Shown: positions 36,959 through 46,492 of the stretch, in pieces
Layout: each line of letters opens with the position of its first letter
Position numbering within the stretch: the first letter of the stretch is position 1
Source: a virus
Taxonomy: Duplodnaviria; Caudoviricetes
IMG/VR virus record: IMGVR_UViG_3300028399_000010
Location: 1-46,698 of that record
Strand: one strand, 5' to 3'
DNA length: 46,698 nucleotides
The notes under the pieces: model-generated
What the model was told of the DNA's origin: nothing
Database searches by the model: none
Seen by the model: only the letters and a program-made list of their open reading frames with translations
Translations under genes and position numbers: made by a program

Positions 36959-38629
36959 CTAAGTCCAAATTGCATGAGTTTCAGGAGAACCAAACATAAA
37001 CCCGATATCACCTTGAATCAAATCAACTCTGTAGTCCTCACCGGAGTTACGAATAGTTTTCACACCAACATAGACATGAATATCTCTATTCTCATTGCCT
37101 ATAAATGGACGAATCCATGCTTGTTTTAAGTTAATAGCAGCAATCTTAACAGACGAACCATCTAAATGAACATCTCTTATCAAATTCATCTTACCACCAG
37201 TAACATTAAACGTTGAGTAATCAACCCCAACAATTTTACCCTTACGTGCAAGTTGAATCTCATAAGCAGATGATAGCTCAGCAGTATTCTGATGTAATGA
37301 ATTGCCACCAATCTTATGGAACCAGTTCCAGGTAGGTGTATCACAGAAATAAGCAATATTCCCACCTAAATCATACTGGTACCTTGGGTCGTTGAAAGCA
37401 CTGAAGTCTTCAAGAAAATCATCCAATGTCTTGCTATCCCTATTAAGAGAAAAAACATTACAGTTAGCAAGAGCATAGTTGATAAAGCCCTCAGTATATG
37501 TATGTCCATCATCATCTTCATACTGGTCACCAAAATAAGCTGTTTGTGCTATATCCCAATTTAGCTCAATCATCTTATCCTGCCACTCTTCAGCCCAAGG
37601 ATTTTTCTCAAACTTTAGTTTTGTTGCCATCGCTCTACCACTCATCATAGCAGCAACTTTAAAGATTTGATTATATCCAGTACCAGTACTGTACGGTTGC
37701 TGTTTCCACGTCTCTCCATAACCACTAAGCTCATGATAACTTGTACCAGTCACATAAGCCCTCGCCAATTCCAATCTTTCAGCCAAAGAACTTGAACCTG
37801 TGCTATGACTAACATCAAGTAAGTTATCATCAGCCATTAAAACTGGATATTCATTAGCAGCGGTTGATTGAGCGCGAACAAGTTTAAGATTTAACAGCTT
37901 TCCTTCTCTCTGCAGATTATTAGAATCATCATACTGTGCCCAATCATAAACAGCTAAAACCCTGCACAATACATAGTCTTTAACAGTCATTGCGGCAGAT
38001 GTTTCAGCAGTTTCATCATAGATTTCACTTGTAAGATTGATTTTGATTATCTGATTAGGAAGGAAGAAGTTTGGTTTTGTACCAGAACTTCCAAGGGCAA
38101 TAAACCCAGAACTTGAACTTGTCCAGCCTATCTTATTAACCTTATTTCCAGATGTCTGGTAATCACCAGCAAACAACATCGAAAATTCCTGGTTAAGAGA
38201 CAGGTCTTGGAATGCGTTTGACGAACTTATTTTGTATTTATTTGAACCACCAGCGTTTCCTATGAACTGTGCCCATGTAGTCGTAGCATTACTATATGTT
38301 AGGTCTCCAGAAGCAGTTCCAGTCGTATCAATTCCAACTGGATATGCGTATCTTTTATAAACCTGTGTTCGTCTTCGTTCAGTATATTTCCATTTGGCAT
38401 CATCAGTAGGTTTCTTCAGTCCCTTTAATCTATTTAAGAGATGGAGAAACGGGTCTCTACGGAATGACAATTTAGTAAATGAATTACCAAAATTGTAAGC
38501 TCGCCGTAAATCACCAGTACTGAGAGTTGAGTTATCATCCGCAACATTAAAACTTGTTGCCGGATGGTCAATAGTTTGTGGGGAACCAGCACCAGATGGT
38601 AACGTAATCCCCGAATAGTCATCAGCCAT
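36959..38629 (-). CDS. major capsid protein (HK97 fold inferred)
   Basis: After scaffold; AAAGGAG SD; DPFLHLL, WKYTE, GYNQIFK, YFG...TEG, GxMNLIRD.HL, RVDLI. Confidence 0.85.
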   Translation of the reverse strand: MADDYSGITLPSGAGSPQTIDHPATSFNVADDNSTLSTGDLRRAYNFGNSFTKLSFRRDPFLHLLNRLKGLKKPTDDAKWKYTERRRTQVYKRYAYPVGIDTTGTASGDLTYSNATTTWAQFIGNAGGSNKYKISSSNAFQDLSLNQEFSMLFAGDYQTSGNKVNKIGWTSSSSGFIALGSSGTKPNFFLPNQIIKINLTSEIYDETAETSAAMTVKDYVLCRVLAVYDWAQYDDSNNLQREGKLLNLKLVRAQSTAANEYPVLMADDNLLDVSHSTGSSSLAERLELARAYVTGTSYHELSGYGETWKQQPYSTGTGYNQIFKVAAMMSGRAMATKLKFEKNPWAEEWQDKMIELNWDIAQTAYFGDQYEDDDGHTYTEGFINYALANCNVFSLNRDSKTLDDFLEDFSAFNDPRYQYDLGGNIAYFCDTPTWNWFHKIGGNSLHQNTAELSSAYEIQLARKGKIVGVDYSTFNVTGGKMNLIRDVHLDGSSVKIAAINLKQAWIRPFIGNENRDIHVYVGVKTIRNSGEDYRVDLIQGDIGFMFGSPETHAIWT

Positions 38630-38676
38630 AACGACTCTCCTTTACTTGAGAGACGGCTGAATTTAGATAAACTTAA

Positions 38677-39603
38677 TTATCCGAAAAAGCCGCCCTCTCT
38701 ATCACCGAAAATCTCATTGAAAAAGACATCATCATCCTTCGTATCAATGAGAACTGACGACTCAGAACCAAGCGAATCAGCATTAAGCATTCTTGCTTTT
38801 TTCATTTGCTTTATTGTTTCCTCACGAGTGCGTCTTGCTATCTCTTTAGCAATGTCATTACGTTTCATGAGAAACAAAATATCATCATAAGTTAATCTAT
38901 GATTGTTTGAAAACTCCTCAAATGCTTTCCTATCTTCCTCACTAAGTTTCTTTTCTTTAACAAAATTCTCAAATTGACGTCTTTGCTCTCTTTCAATTTC
39001 ATCAATATTGCGTTTTTGCTCAATTAAAGAAACTCTTTCATCGGCAGCATTCTGTATCATTATTTTCAGAACTTTGCCATGATCGGAATTAGGTTCTTTG
39101 ACTGCTTTATCTAAGTCCAAGACGAAATCATCATCAAGTCCAAGTATTTCAATTGGACTCTGAGGTTTGTCCGCATTTTCAATTCTTGTTCTCATTAAAC
39201 GAACAAGTCCTTCATCTGATTTCATCTTCTCGAGAATTGGTAGGTATGGAGCATATTCATTTAACTGAGATTTAATCTTTAATGCTTCTGAACTTGAGTC
39301 ACCATAACGTTTTGTTACAGTTTTCAACTCTTTTTTAAGCTCGTCAATTTGAGACACAAGCTCAGTTAATGAAGGCTCATTACCTGTATTAGTTCCCGTA
39401 CCAGAGTTCGACGGTTTTTCCGTGGAAGTTGCCTGATTAGGACTGCTATTCATTTCCTTCTCTTGTTCAATATCAAGAGATTGGAAAAATTCTAATGTAC
39501 TTTGGCTATCATCGTTCTCACCACCAAAAAATGTTCCAGTGTCAATGTCACCTTTTGTTGCTTGTGACGATGTGGTGTTTTTATTTATGTTTTCGTTTGC
39601 CAT
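38677..39603 (-). CDS. capsid scaffolding protein
   Basis: Between portal and MCP; acidic low-complexity N-terminus, KRYGDSSSEA, coiled coil. Confidence 0.8.
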   Translation of the reverse strand: MANENINKNTTSSQATKGDIDTGTFFGGENDDSQSTLEFFQSLDIEQEKEMNSSPNQATSTEKPSNSGTGTNTGNEPSLTELVSQIDELKKELKTVTKRYGDSSSEALKIKSQLNEYAPYLPILEKMKSDEGLVRLMRTRIENADKPQSPIEILGLDDDFVLDLDKAVKEPNSDHGKVLKIMIQNAADERVSLIEQKRNIDEIEREQRRQFENFVKEKKLSEEDRKAFEEFSNNHRLTYDDILFLMKRNDIAKEIARRTREETIKQMKKARMLNADSLGSESSVLIDTKDDDVFFNEIFGDREGGFFG

Positions 39604-39626
39604 AGTTATAAAGTTTCCTCTCTAAT

Positions 39627-41867
39627 TTAGCCATTATTTTTCGGATTTTCAATAGTTTTTTTAGCTTCTACGGTAATTTCTTTCTCAAGTCTCCTTATGG
39701 ACTCACGTAGGAACTTCAGTTGTGCTTCGACATCAAGCTTTTTGCTCTTTATTTCAAGCTCAGACTCACCAGCAACACCTTTTATCCTTGCCTGAACTAT
39801 TTGTCTTTCAAGAGTTTCTATAGTTCCTTCTTTATTTTTAAGTTCTTCCTCAAGTTTCTTAATCATATCTGCTTGACGCGCATATAATGATTTCCTCCTC
39901 ATAATTTGTTCTTTATTCTTAACTTCTGTTTCAGCTAAGAATGCAATGTCGTCAATAGCGCCAAGCTCAAGCCATCTTTCGTAAGCACCAAGTAAAGCCC
40001 ACCTATTAACAGGCATAGATGAACCAGCAACATAAAAGACATCAAAATTCGCAGAATTGTAGTCCATAAACTTCTTGATTGCACCAGTCTTATCAGGGTA
40101 TAGCATATTAATTTCAACAGATTCAGATTTCTCAACATTATTTGGATTTACAAGTCTGAATATCTTATTTGCTGTATATGTAGACTGCGCAAATTGTTTT
40201 ACTACAATACCAAGATGCTCAAGCGCCGGTTCTACAGTATGAAGCATCCATGCTTTTATTCTTCTTGTGCTATATTCATCTTGCTGTAAAAGACCTTTAA
40301 CGGTTTCATGCTGTGCTCTAACATCACCCTGTGCTGATGAGTAAATACCGGAAATATATTCAAGGTCATTTTTGCCCTCCTGAACAAGCGAAAAGAAAGC
40401 ATTGTTTAATGGTGATGGATGTACTGGCTCAGGCTTATCATAGCCCTGTCTATAAATTAATCTTGCACCTGGACTTGAAGAATACTTTTCCCATTGGGTT
40501 TCATCAACAGCACCTTCCTGCATTAACCATCTCAAACTACCGCTCAAATTAGCATTATGAATTGTTATCTGATGAGCTTTATTAATTTCTTCTTGTTTGC
40601 CAACCAGCGGAGTACAAGCACTCATTGGAAATGGTGTTCCAGTGTGAATATAAGGAATTGGTATAATAGGATACTCTTTAATCTTTGGGTCAAGTTTTCT
40701 TTCATATAAAAACTGATCACTAACAGAACATCTTATATTTATTCTTGGTTCATAAAACTTCACAGAATTAACAACTGTCTCAATAATATCAGGATTCTTT
40801 TGCATCTCTTTCCATTGTGCATCTGTGACAATCTTATGTTCCATTCTTGTTTGAGCATCAATAGCCCTTTTCATTATATCGCTTGTTTTGAACTCAATAG
40901 CTTGGAGTGTTTGTTCTTTAAGTCTTTTAATTTCAAGGTCAGCTCTCTCGTCAATAATTTGTCCCTCAGCTCTAAGTTTCTCTATTTTCCTTCTTTTTTC
41001 CTCAAACTCAACACTTAATTCAGTTGTAACTTGCTGTGTTTGTTTTTCAACAGAATTGCGAATCTGTCTTAATTCTTCTTCAGTTAACTGAACCTTAACA
41101 AATAAATTCCAATATGCTTCATAAGTTTTATAATATGTAAAGTAATAATCAAGAATATCATCTGGCTCACCAGTTATCGTAAATGCTTCTGTAATATCTT
41201 CAGGTTGCGTTGAAGAACTTACTTCAGTATCTCTCTCTGAGTATGTTTCATCTCCAAATCCAGAAGGTGTTGAGGCAATCATAATCTTTTTCTTATAATC
41301 AGGTAATAAGCTGGCAAGCCTTGACCTTGGCAGCGATTTCTTAATCATGATAAAACAAGCATCTCTAAACAAGAAATCTCTTGAAGCTTTATCAACATAA
41401 ACATCCCAGGGAGATAAGTTATCTATAACAACCTCACCCATACCCCTATCAAGATTGGTGTCAGTTCTTACATGGAAATATCCAAGACTTTTAGTTAAAG
41501 CATCAAGAATAACTTGCGGGTATAAAGTATTACCCTTTGACAGTCTCCATATATACTCAGCTATTGAAGAATGAATATCAGCAACATCAGTATCACTTTC
41601 TTCAACACCAACGCCAACCCATCTTGGTTGATTAGCAGTGGCAAAAAACTTCATTATTTCAATTATAGGAAGTATCCTATTAATAATAAAAGTTGGCATT
41701 CCAGCAGATTCAAGCTCATTGATTTCTTCTTCAGAAAGTTGGTCATTACAATAAAAATCAAATCCACGTTGCTGTTTCTTCCTCCATGATTGTCGTTGAT
41801 AGCAATTTGCTGAGTTATAAAGACTCTTATTATATTCAGCTTTCATAGCATTAGTAACTTTTGACAT
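39627..41867 (-). CDS. portal protein (P22-like)
   Basis: DFY..DQ, PTFIINRI.P, PWDVYVD, YPIIP, QEEINK, LEYISG, C-terminal coiled coil. Confidence 0.92.
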   Translation of the reverse strand: MSKVTNAMKAEYNKSLYNSANCYQRQSWRKKQQRGFDFYCNDQLSEEEINELESAGMPTFIINRILPIIEIMKFFATANQPRWVGVGVEESDTDVADIHSSIAEYIWRLSKGNTLYPQVILDALTKSLGYFHVRTDTNLDRGMGEVVIDNLSPWDVYVDKASRDFLFRDACFIMIKKSLPRSRLASLLPDYKKKIMIASTPSGFGDETYSERDTEVSSSTQPEDITEAFTITGEPDDILDYYFTYYKTYEAYWNLFVKVQLTEEELRQIRNSVEKQTQQVTTELSVEFEEKRRKIEKLRAEGQIIDERADLEIKRLKEQTLQAIEFKTSDIMKRAIDAQTRMEHKIVTDAQWKEMQKNPDIIETVVNSVKFYEPRINIRCSVSDQFLYERKLDPKIKEYPIIPIPYIHTGTPFPMSACTPLVGKQEEINKAHQITIHNANLSGSLRWLMQEGAVDETQWEKYSSSPGARLIYRQGYDKPEPVHPSPLNNAFFSLVQEGKNDLEYISGIYSSAQGDVRAQHETVKGLLQQDEYSTRRIKAWMLHTVEPALEHLGIVVKQFAQSTYTANKIFRLVNPNNVEKSESVEINMLYPDKTGAIKKFMDYNSANFDVFYVAGSSMPVNRWALLGAYERWLELGAIDDIAFLAETEVKNKEQIMRRKSLYARQADMIKKLEEELKNKEGTIETLERQIVQARIKGVAGESELEIKSKKLDVEAQLKFLRESIRRLEKEITVEAKKTIENPKNNG

Positions 41868-43541
41868 TTAGGCAACCTTCCAACTTTTTGCTTTTCTTAC
41901 AGGTTTAATATAATTTCCAGATTTTTTATCATATTTTAACATTGGTGGATAAGCATTCTTTCTTGCAAAAAACAAAGATTCAACACAGTCATCATGATCC
42001 ATTTTGTCACCAAATATTACTATCTCGTGCTCAAGTTCATAATGACCTTCAAGTAAAAATATTGAACCAGCAGCAAAAAGTGGACTTAACCCACTGTAAA
42101 TTTTATTAATTTTTTCCTTACCACCAGGAGATTCAGGAATAATTGATAAATATTTTTGTCTCCTCATATACTCAGACTGAAGACTTTGAAATACTGATCT
42201 TGTCATTGCAACATCTTCAACAGTGCCACTCTTGCAATGATATTTCTCATACATATCAAATATATAGTCAACAACACCTTTGTTACCAACCAAATTGCCA
42301 TTTCTATCTCTTAACCCTATTGTTGGAATGGATAATCTCCTAACATAATCCAAAACAAGGGTATTATTCATCATATCAACAGCTATGACCATTATAACTG
42401 AATAATCACTATTCTTTGTTGCTATATCAGTTGCAGGATCACAACCAAGAAATGTATTTACAAGAACTTTCCTTGGAGTACCATTCTCACCTTTGACAAC
42501 AACATAATTTAACCCAGTAACTGGGTCATGTTCAAAATAACCCTTCCAATGTTTCAGAGACTTTTTACCAAGCAAAGATAGTTCTGATGATTGAACCTGA
42601 AGCTCATATTCTTGATAATAACCGCTAACACCCTTTGGAGATTCCTTATATTCTTCCTTTATTCTGTTAAGAACATGCCTTGGTAAACGATCATGCCATA
42701 AAACACCACCCTCCATTGTTGGTTGAGTAGCACCGTAAACCATAATCTTCCAAGGATATTCGTCTATTGCCTTTTGCCCCTGTTTCTTTAACTTCATTTC
42801 AGTATCAATAAATTTTTGTGCCATAGAAGCATAATGAACAGGCGTACCAATAAAAAACAAACGACAGCCAGGCTCGGTCTTTTCAATAGCTGGCAAAATG
42901 CCATTCATTATATTATCAACAATAGTTGCTCTTCCATTTACAGTTTTTGTATTATCTTCATTTTCAGAATCATCACAAAACACACGGCTATATCTTAAAT
43001 TTCCCTTTGTTATTGTTGGCTGAGTATCTCCCCTCATAGATGTCAAATTTGAACTTGATATTAATTTATCACCATAAGCTGTAATGATTTCTTCTTGATT
43101 CCATGTATCACCCCTAAGATTATATATTTTAAGTTTAGGATCACCAAAATAATAAGCAATTTTTTCATTTTTTTCAAGGTGAAGCCTAACATAAGCAACA
43201 TTGTTTCTTGATTTTCGTTGACTACTACTAACCCAACCAAAAAACAAATGTCTTTCTTTATCTGCCAAACCCCACTCATAAGCCTTCTTAGCAAAACAAA
43301 AATCTTTTATTATACTTGCTTTTACTAATGTAGTTTTCGCCGCACCCCTCATCATAATGATAGCGATTGGTTTATTGCTATCACTATCAAGTTCACGTGC
43401 TATTTCATAATGAACTATAGGTGTTTTATTTTTATTAAAATCACCAGAAAGAAATAACTTACCAAATGAAATTAGATTGCTATAAGCAAGAACTAATGCT
43501 CTCTCAGCTTCACTTACATTTCTTGAATTAATATTAAACAT
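41868..43541 (-). CDS. terL: terminase large subunit
   Basis: RGAAKTT Walker A, RVFCDDSENE Walker B, FIGTP, YYQEY, GCDPA, HDD. Confidence 0.93.
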   Translation of the reverse strand: MFNINSRNVSEAERALVLAYSNLISFGKLFLSGDFNKNKTPIVHYEIARELDSDSNKPIAIIMMRGAAKTTLVKASIIKDFCFAKKAYEWGLADKERHLFFGWVSSSQRKSRNNVAYVRLHLEKNEKIAYYFGDPKLKIYNLRGDTWNQEEIITAYGDKLISSSNLTSMRGDTQPTITKGNLRYSRVFCDDSENEDNTKTVNGRATIVDNIMNGILPAIEKTEPGCRLFFIGTPVHYASMAQKFIDTEMKLKKQGQKAIDEYPWKIMVYGATQPTMEGGVLWHDRLPRHVLNRIKEEYKESPKGVSGYYQEYELQVQSSELSLLGKKSLKHWKGYFEHDPVTGLNYVVVKGENGTPRKVLVNTFLGCDPATDIATKNSDYSVIMVIAVDMMNNTLVLDYVRRLSIPTIGLRDRNGNLVGNKGVVDYIFDMYEKYHCKSGTVEDVAMTRSVFQSLQSEYMRRQKYLSIIPESPGGKEKINKIYSGLSPLFAAGSIFLLEGHYELEHEIVIFGDKMDHDDCVESLFFARKNAYPPMLKYDKKSGNYIKPVRKAKSWKVA

Positions 43542-43544
43542 TAT

Positions 43545-43766
43545 TTACTTCTTCTTAAAACTTCTAACAGCTTTAGCAAACGCGGCCTTCTTAGCTATTA
43601 AACCTCCGGCTTTCAAACCAGCAGCTATACAAGCATCTGTAACACCACCATAACCCTTACGTTTACACCACTCTGTAAATGAACCAACAGTTCCACGTTT
43701 TTGCATTGACTTCCTTGCATTCTGAAGCCACATTTGTTTTGCTGTAGAACCAGCTTTAACCGCCAT
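43545..43766 (-). CDS. small basic protein, 73 aa
   Basis: Start reassigned to ATG 43766 (MAVKAG...WLQNA...GSFTEWC...FAKAVR); Lys/Ala-rich. Confidence 0.7.
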   Translation of the reverse strand: MAVKAGSTAKQMWLQNARKSMQKRGTVGSFTEWCKRKGYGGVTDACIAAGLKAGGLIAKKAAFAKAVRSFKKK

Positions 43767-44700
43767 TTTCAACAAATTCTTTAACAGAATCAGGAATTGG
43801 ATTCTCAGCAGCGGGAAGATGCTGCTGATTGATAGATGCACCGGATACCATCTTAGTTTCTTCTTCAATTTCCTCAACAACACTACTTGAAAATCCTGAA
43901 AAATAACCGCTAATGTCACGCCCTGGTAATTGCTTATTACCCTTATTAAATGTTCCTATAGCATCACCAAGTTTAACAGTTGCCTTAAATTTGACATCTT
44001 CATTATTTGCACCTGTACTTAAATCATCCAGCCTCCTAAGAACTGTCTCGTGTGTTATCTTTAGCTTTTCAGCGGCTTCTTCAACACCTTTCATAAGTTC
44101 ATTCATAATTCTATCCTGTTTTAATAAATGGTTGCAACGTTTCATTACATTTTCAGGCCTAACCCTTTTAAATATCATAGAATAGATTTCATAAACATTT
44201 ATAGGCTTACCACTTGACATTAAATAAACAATAGAAAAGCAGAATTGCCTTTCCTTTTTTGTTAAACCATCCCGTGAATTCATCCTTGATAAATGAAGAT
44301 TTCCAGATGTACCAGAAAATGTGTACCTTGACTCATGTTTACTAAAATCAGTGTCCATCTTAAACTTTTCACGGTTCTTATTTATAAAGAACGTTCCAAC
44401 AACAGTTCTACACCAACCTTTATGATAACGATACTTAGCTTTTCCATGACTATCACCAGGATGAGGCAAATACCTACTTACTTTCAGCATTTGCACAATT
44501 CCACCATCATCTGCAATAACCCAATCACCTTCTTCAGCCTCATGCCAATCCTCAACTAAAGCAGGTGCGTTATCTTTACCACCATGAAACTCATAAAAAT
44601 CATCTTTGTTTCTAAATACATAATGCTTCACACCCTTAATTGTCTGGTACTGAAACCTAACATCATCCCCAACTTCTTGCTCAAACGGTGGCAGTGGCAT
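43756..44700 (-). CDS. terS: terminase small subunit with N-terminal extra domain
   Basis: LTKKERQFC...LLKQDRI...ITHETVLRRL...KATVKLG..IG.F in the C-terminal half; upstream of terL. Confidence 0.7.
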   Translation of the reverse strand: MPLPPFEQEVGDDVRFQYQTIKGVKHYVFRNKDDFYEFHGGKDNAPALVEDWHEAEEGDWVIADDGGIVQMLKVSRYLPHPGDSHGKAKYRYHKGWCRTVVGTFFINKNREKFKMDTDFSKHESRYTFSGTSGNLHLSRMNSRDGLTKKERQFCFSIVYLMSSGKPINVYEIYSMIFKRVRPENVMKRCNHLLKQDRIMNELMKGVEEAAEKLKITHETVLRRLDDLSTGANNEDVKFKATVKLGDAIGTFNKGNKQLPGRDISGYFSGFSSSVVEEIEEETKMVSGASINQQHLPAAENPIPDSVKEFVENGG

Positions 44701-44906
44701 TAACTTTTCCTCAATTTCCTCGCTATATCACCATTAGCATCAATGAAATAAATATAACCAGGTTCTCTCTGTATACCAGTATTAACTTCACATTTTTTAT
44801 TTTTTGTTTTTCTATTGAAAGACCAAACATGACCATCTTTACCAAGGTAATACAACCTGTTTTTCTTCCGCTTTATTCTTACTCTTTTAACAAGCTCTGC
44901 GCTCAT
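44700..44906 (-). CDS. small basic two-repeat protein, probably nucleic-acid binding
   Basis: IKRKKNRLYYLGKDGHV and IQREPGYIYFIDANGDI internal repeat. Confidence 0.75.
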   Translation of the reverse strand: MSAELVKRVRIKRKKNRLYYLGKDGHVWSFNRKTKNKKCEVNTGIQREPGYIYFIDANGDIARKLRKS

Positions 44907-45148
44907 GACATTATCTCTTTTCTTATTATGTATGACTTTAACTCATCTATCTCCTTAATCAAATGCTGATTATATGAAATAGCACTTATAATTAATTTAT
45001 AAACAGGTTCCGGTATGTCATATAATATACCATCAATTTGAACTGCTGTTCCATCATCCGGAAAACTAATATCTGTCTTTTTCAACTTTTGCTCAATTTC
45101 AGCTTCAGCATCTTTAACCTGCTTCTCTATGTCAGAATCAATACTCAC
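44903..45148 (-). CDS. hypothetical protein
   Basis: Overlapping start/stop coupling on both sides. Confidence 0.65.
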   Translation of the reverse strand: MSIDSDIEKQVKDAEAEIEQKLKKTDISFPDDGTAVQIDGILYDIPEPVYKLIISAISYNQHLIKEIDELKSYIIRKEIMS

Positions 45149-45363
45149 GCTAATGCACCATCAACTACTGTAACCATTTCACCAGTTCTGGTATCCACTA
45201 AAATTAAAGTACCATCTGGAATAGTATCGTTAATCATAACTTTGATTTCATCATCGTCAAACATTTCTGTCTTTTTATAATATGATTTTGATATGAACAA
45301 AACATTTGGAGCAAACCCACTATGCTTTGCAAGTGCAGCATCAACTAATTTATTAACTCTCAT
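45145..45363 (-). CDS. hypothetical protein, first gene of the late region
   Basis: AGGTGA SD 5 nt before ATG 45363. Confidence 0.6.
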   Translation of the reverse strand: MRVNKLVDAALAKHSGFAPNVLFISKSYYKKTEMFDDDEIKVMINDTIPDGTLILVDTRTGEMVTVVDGALA

Positions 45364-45411
45364 AATAATCACCTAACATAATCATAATTTCTCCCTCGTT
45401 TAACTATCAGT

Positions 45412-45440
45412 AATATACAAATACGTGGGCTAAAAAACAA
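45412..45440 (-). promoter_or_regulatory. sigma70-type promoter for the late region
   Basis: TTGTTT (45440-45435), 17 nt, TATATT (45417-45412). Confidence 0.55.
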
Positions 45441-45675
45441 GAACTTTTTTATAACAGCACAAAATTTTTTTAATAGCAAAAAAACGAAAATGAAATAATC
45501 AAACAGAAATAATCAAATTACGTTAAAAATGAAAAATAAACTATACACCAAAAATTGGAACCTGAAAATTTGATGTGGTTTAGTGTGGGGCTATACTCAA
45601 CGCCCATACCCCCCAAGCAGGGATTTTCATCCTACTAATTACGTTATTTTCGGAATCATAAACAAGGAGACTAAC

Positions 45676-45924
45676 ATGTCCAAAACACAGCCAACAGCTC
45701 TTCTAACTGAAGGGCAGTCCATTCACTTTAGAGCCAGGACTGGTTATGCCAGTGTTGCCGCTGTTAATGTTAAAACTGCAAGCGCTAACGGTGTCAACTA
45801 TTACAAGTTTGACTTAGTAACAGTGGCCGGTACACCATTCATTTCTGACATCATCGCTGACGAACGAGCTGTACAAATGTTACTTAAAGAATCAGAAACT
45901 GTAGACAACCTCAATTTCGAGTAG
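45676..45924 (+). CDS. small monocistronic early protein, 82 aa
   Basis: AAGGAG SD, ATG 45676, own terminator. Confidence 0.75.
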   Translation: MSKTQPTALLTEGQSIHFRARTGYASVAAVNVKTASANGVNYYKFDLVTVAGTPFISDIIADERAVQMLLKESETVDNLNFE

Positions 45925-45950
45925 TCTCACACTTCCACAGACCACAGCAG

Positions 45951-45991
45951 AAGCAAGGAGTAGGGCATTAGCTCTACTCCAGCTTTTGTTT
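45951..45991 (+). terminator. Rho-independent terminator
   Basis: GGAGTAGGGC-ATTA-GCTCTACTCC followed by AGCTTTTGTTT. Confidence 0.8.
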
Positions 45992-46014
45992 AACCGCAGA
46001 TATATAGGTTTTAC

Positions 46015-46224
46015 ATGAACAATAATAACAAATATCTAATTGTAGTTTCCAGAACCAAGAAAGACTTTGACAATAAAAGAACATTAGGAACAATAGTAAT
46101 TGACGATGATGTTTCTGATGATGATTTAAAGAAAACTATTCGTGCCCTTGACAAACTCAAATATTTCTACAAAATATATGAAACAGGCAGAGAAGTTGAC
46201 AAAAGTGAATTTGAAAGGAATTAA
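46015..46224 (+). CDS. small hypothetical protein (tandem paralogue 1)
   Basis: NNKYLIV...KKDF...IYETGREVD. Confidence 0.75.
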   Translation: MNNNNKYLIVVSRTKKDFDNKRTLGTIVIDDDVSDDDLKKTIRALDKLKYFYKIYETGREVDKSEFERN

Positions 46225-46226
46225 AC

Positions 46227-46427
46227 ATGGATGATAACAATAAATATGTAATAGTACTTGCTAATAGTAAAAAAGAGTTTGAAAGTCACATACGACTGAA
46301 TGCAGTAGTTATAAACAAAAATGCCTCAAAACAAGAAGTTGAGAAAGCTCTTTTCAGTATTCGTGGCTTTGGATATTATTGCCAAATATACAAACTTGGT
46401 AGAGAAGTTGACATAGATGAAATCTGA
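46227..46427 (+). CDS. small hypothetical protein (tandem paralogue 2)
   Basis: NNKYVIV...KKEF...IYKLGREVD; AAAGGA SD. Confidence 0.75.
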   Translation: MDDNNKYVIVLANSKKEFESHIRLNAVVINKNASKQEVEKALFSIRGFGYYCQIYKLGREVDIDEI

Positions 46428-46492
46428 CCATAAAACACAAAAACTCAAGCAACGCAAACCCTGAAATATGAATAAAATACTTTTCTTTTTAC

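Noticed and set aside
44700-44906. Archaeal chromatin protein and archaeal host (GGTGA-type RBS)
   Set aside because: No confident family match; DnaB, M15 endolysin and lysozyme remnant indicate a bacterial host
9929-45280. Numerous + strand ORFs of 60-170 aa within the late region
   Set aside because: Antisense shadows of long - strand genes, with no RBS or motifs
9844-45363. Stop-codon reassignment as in some crAss-like phages
   Set aside because: Genes are long and tightly packed in code 11 and TAA, TAG and TGA all serve as coupled stops
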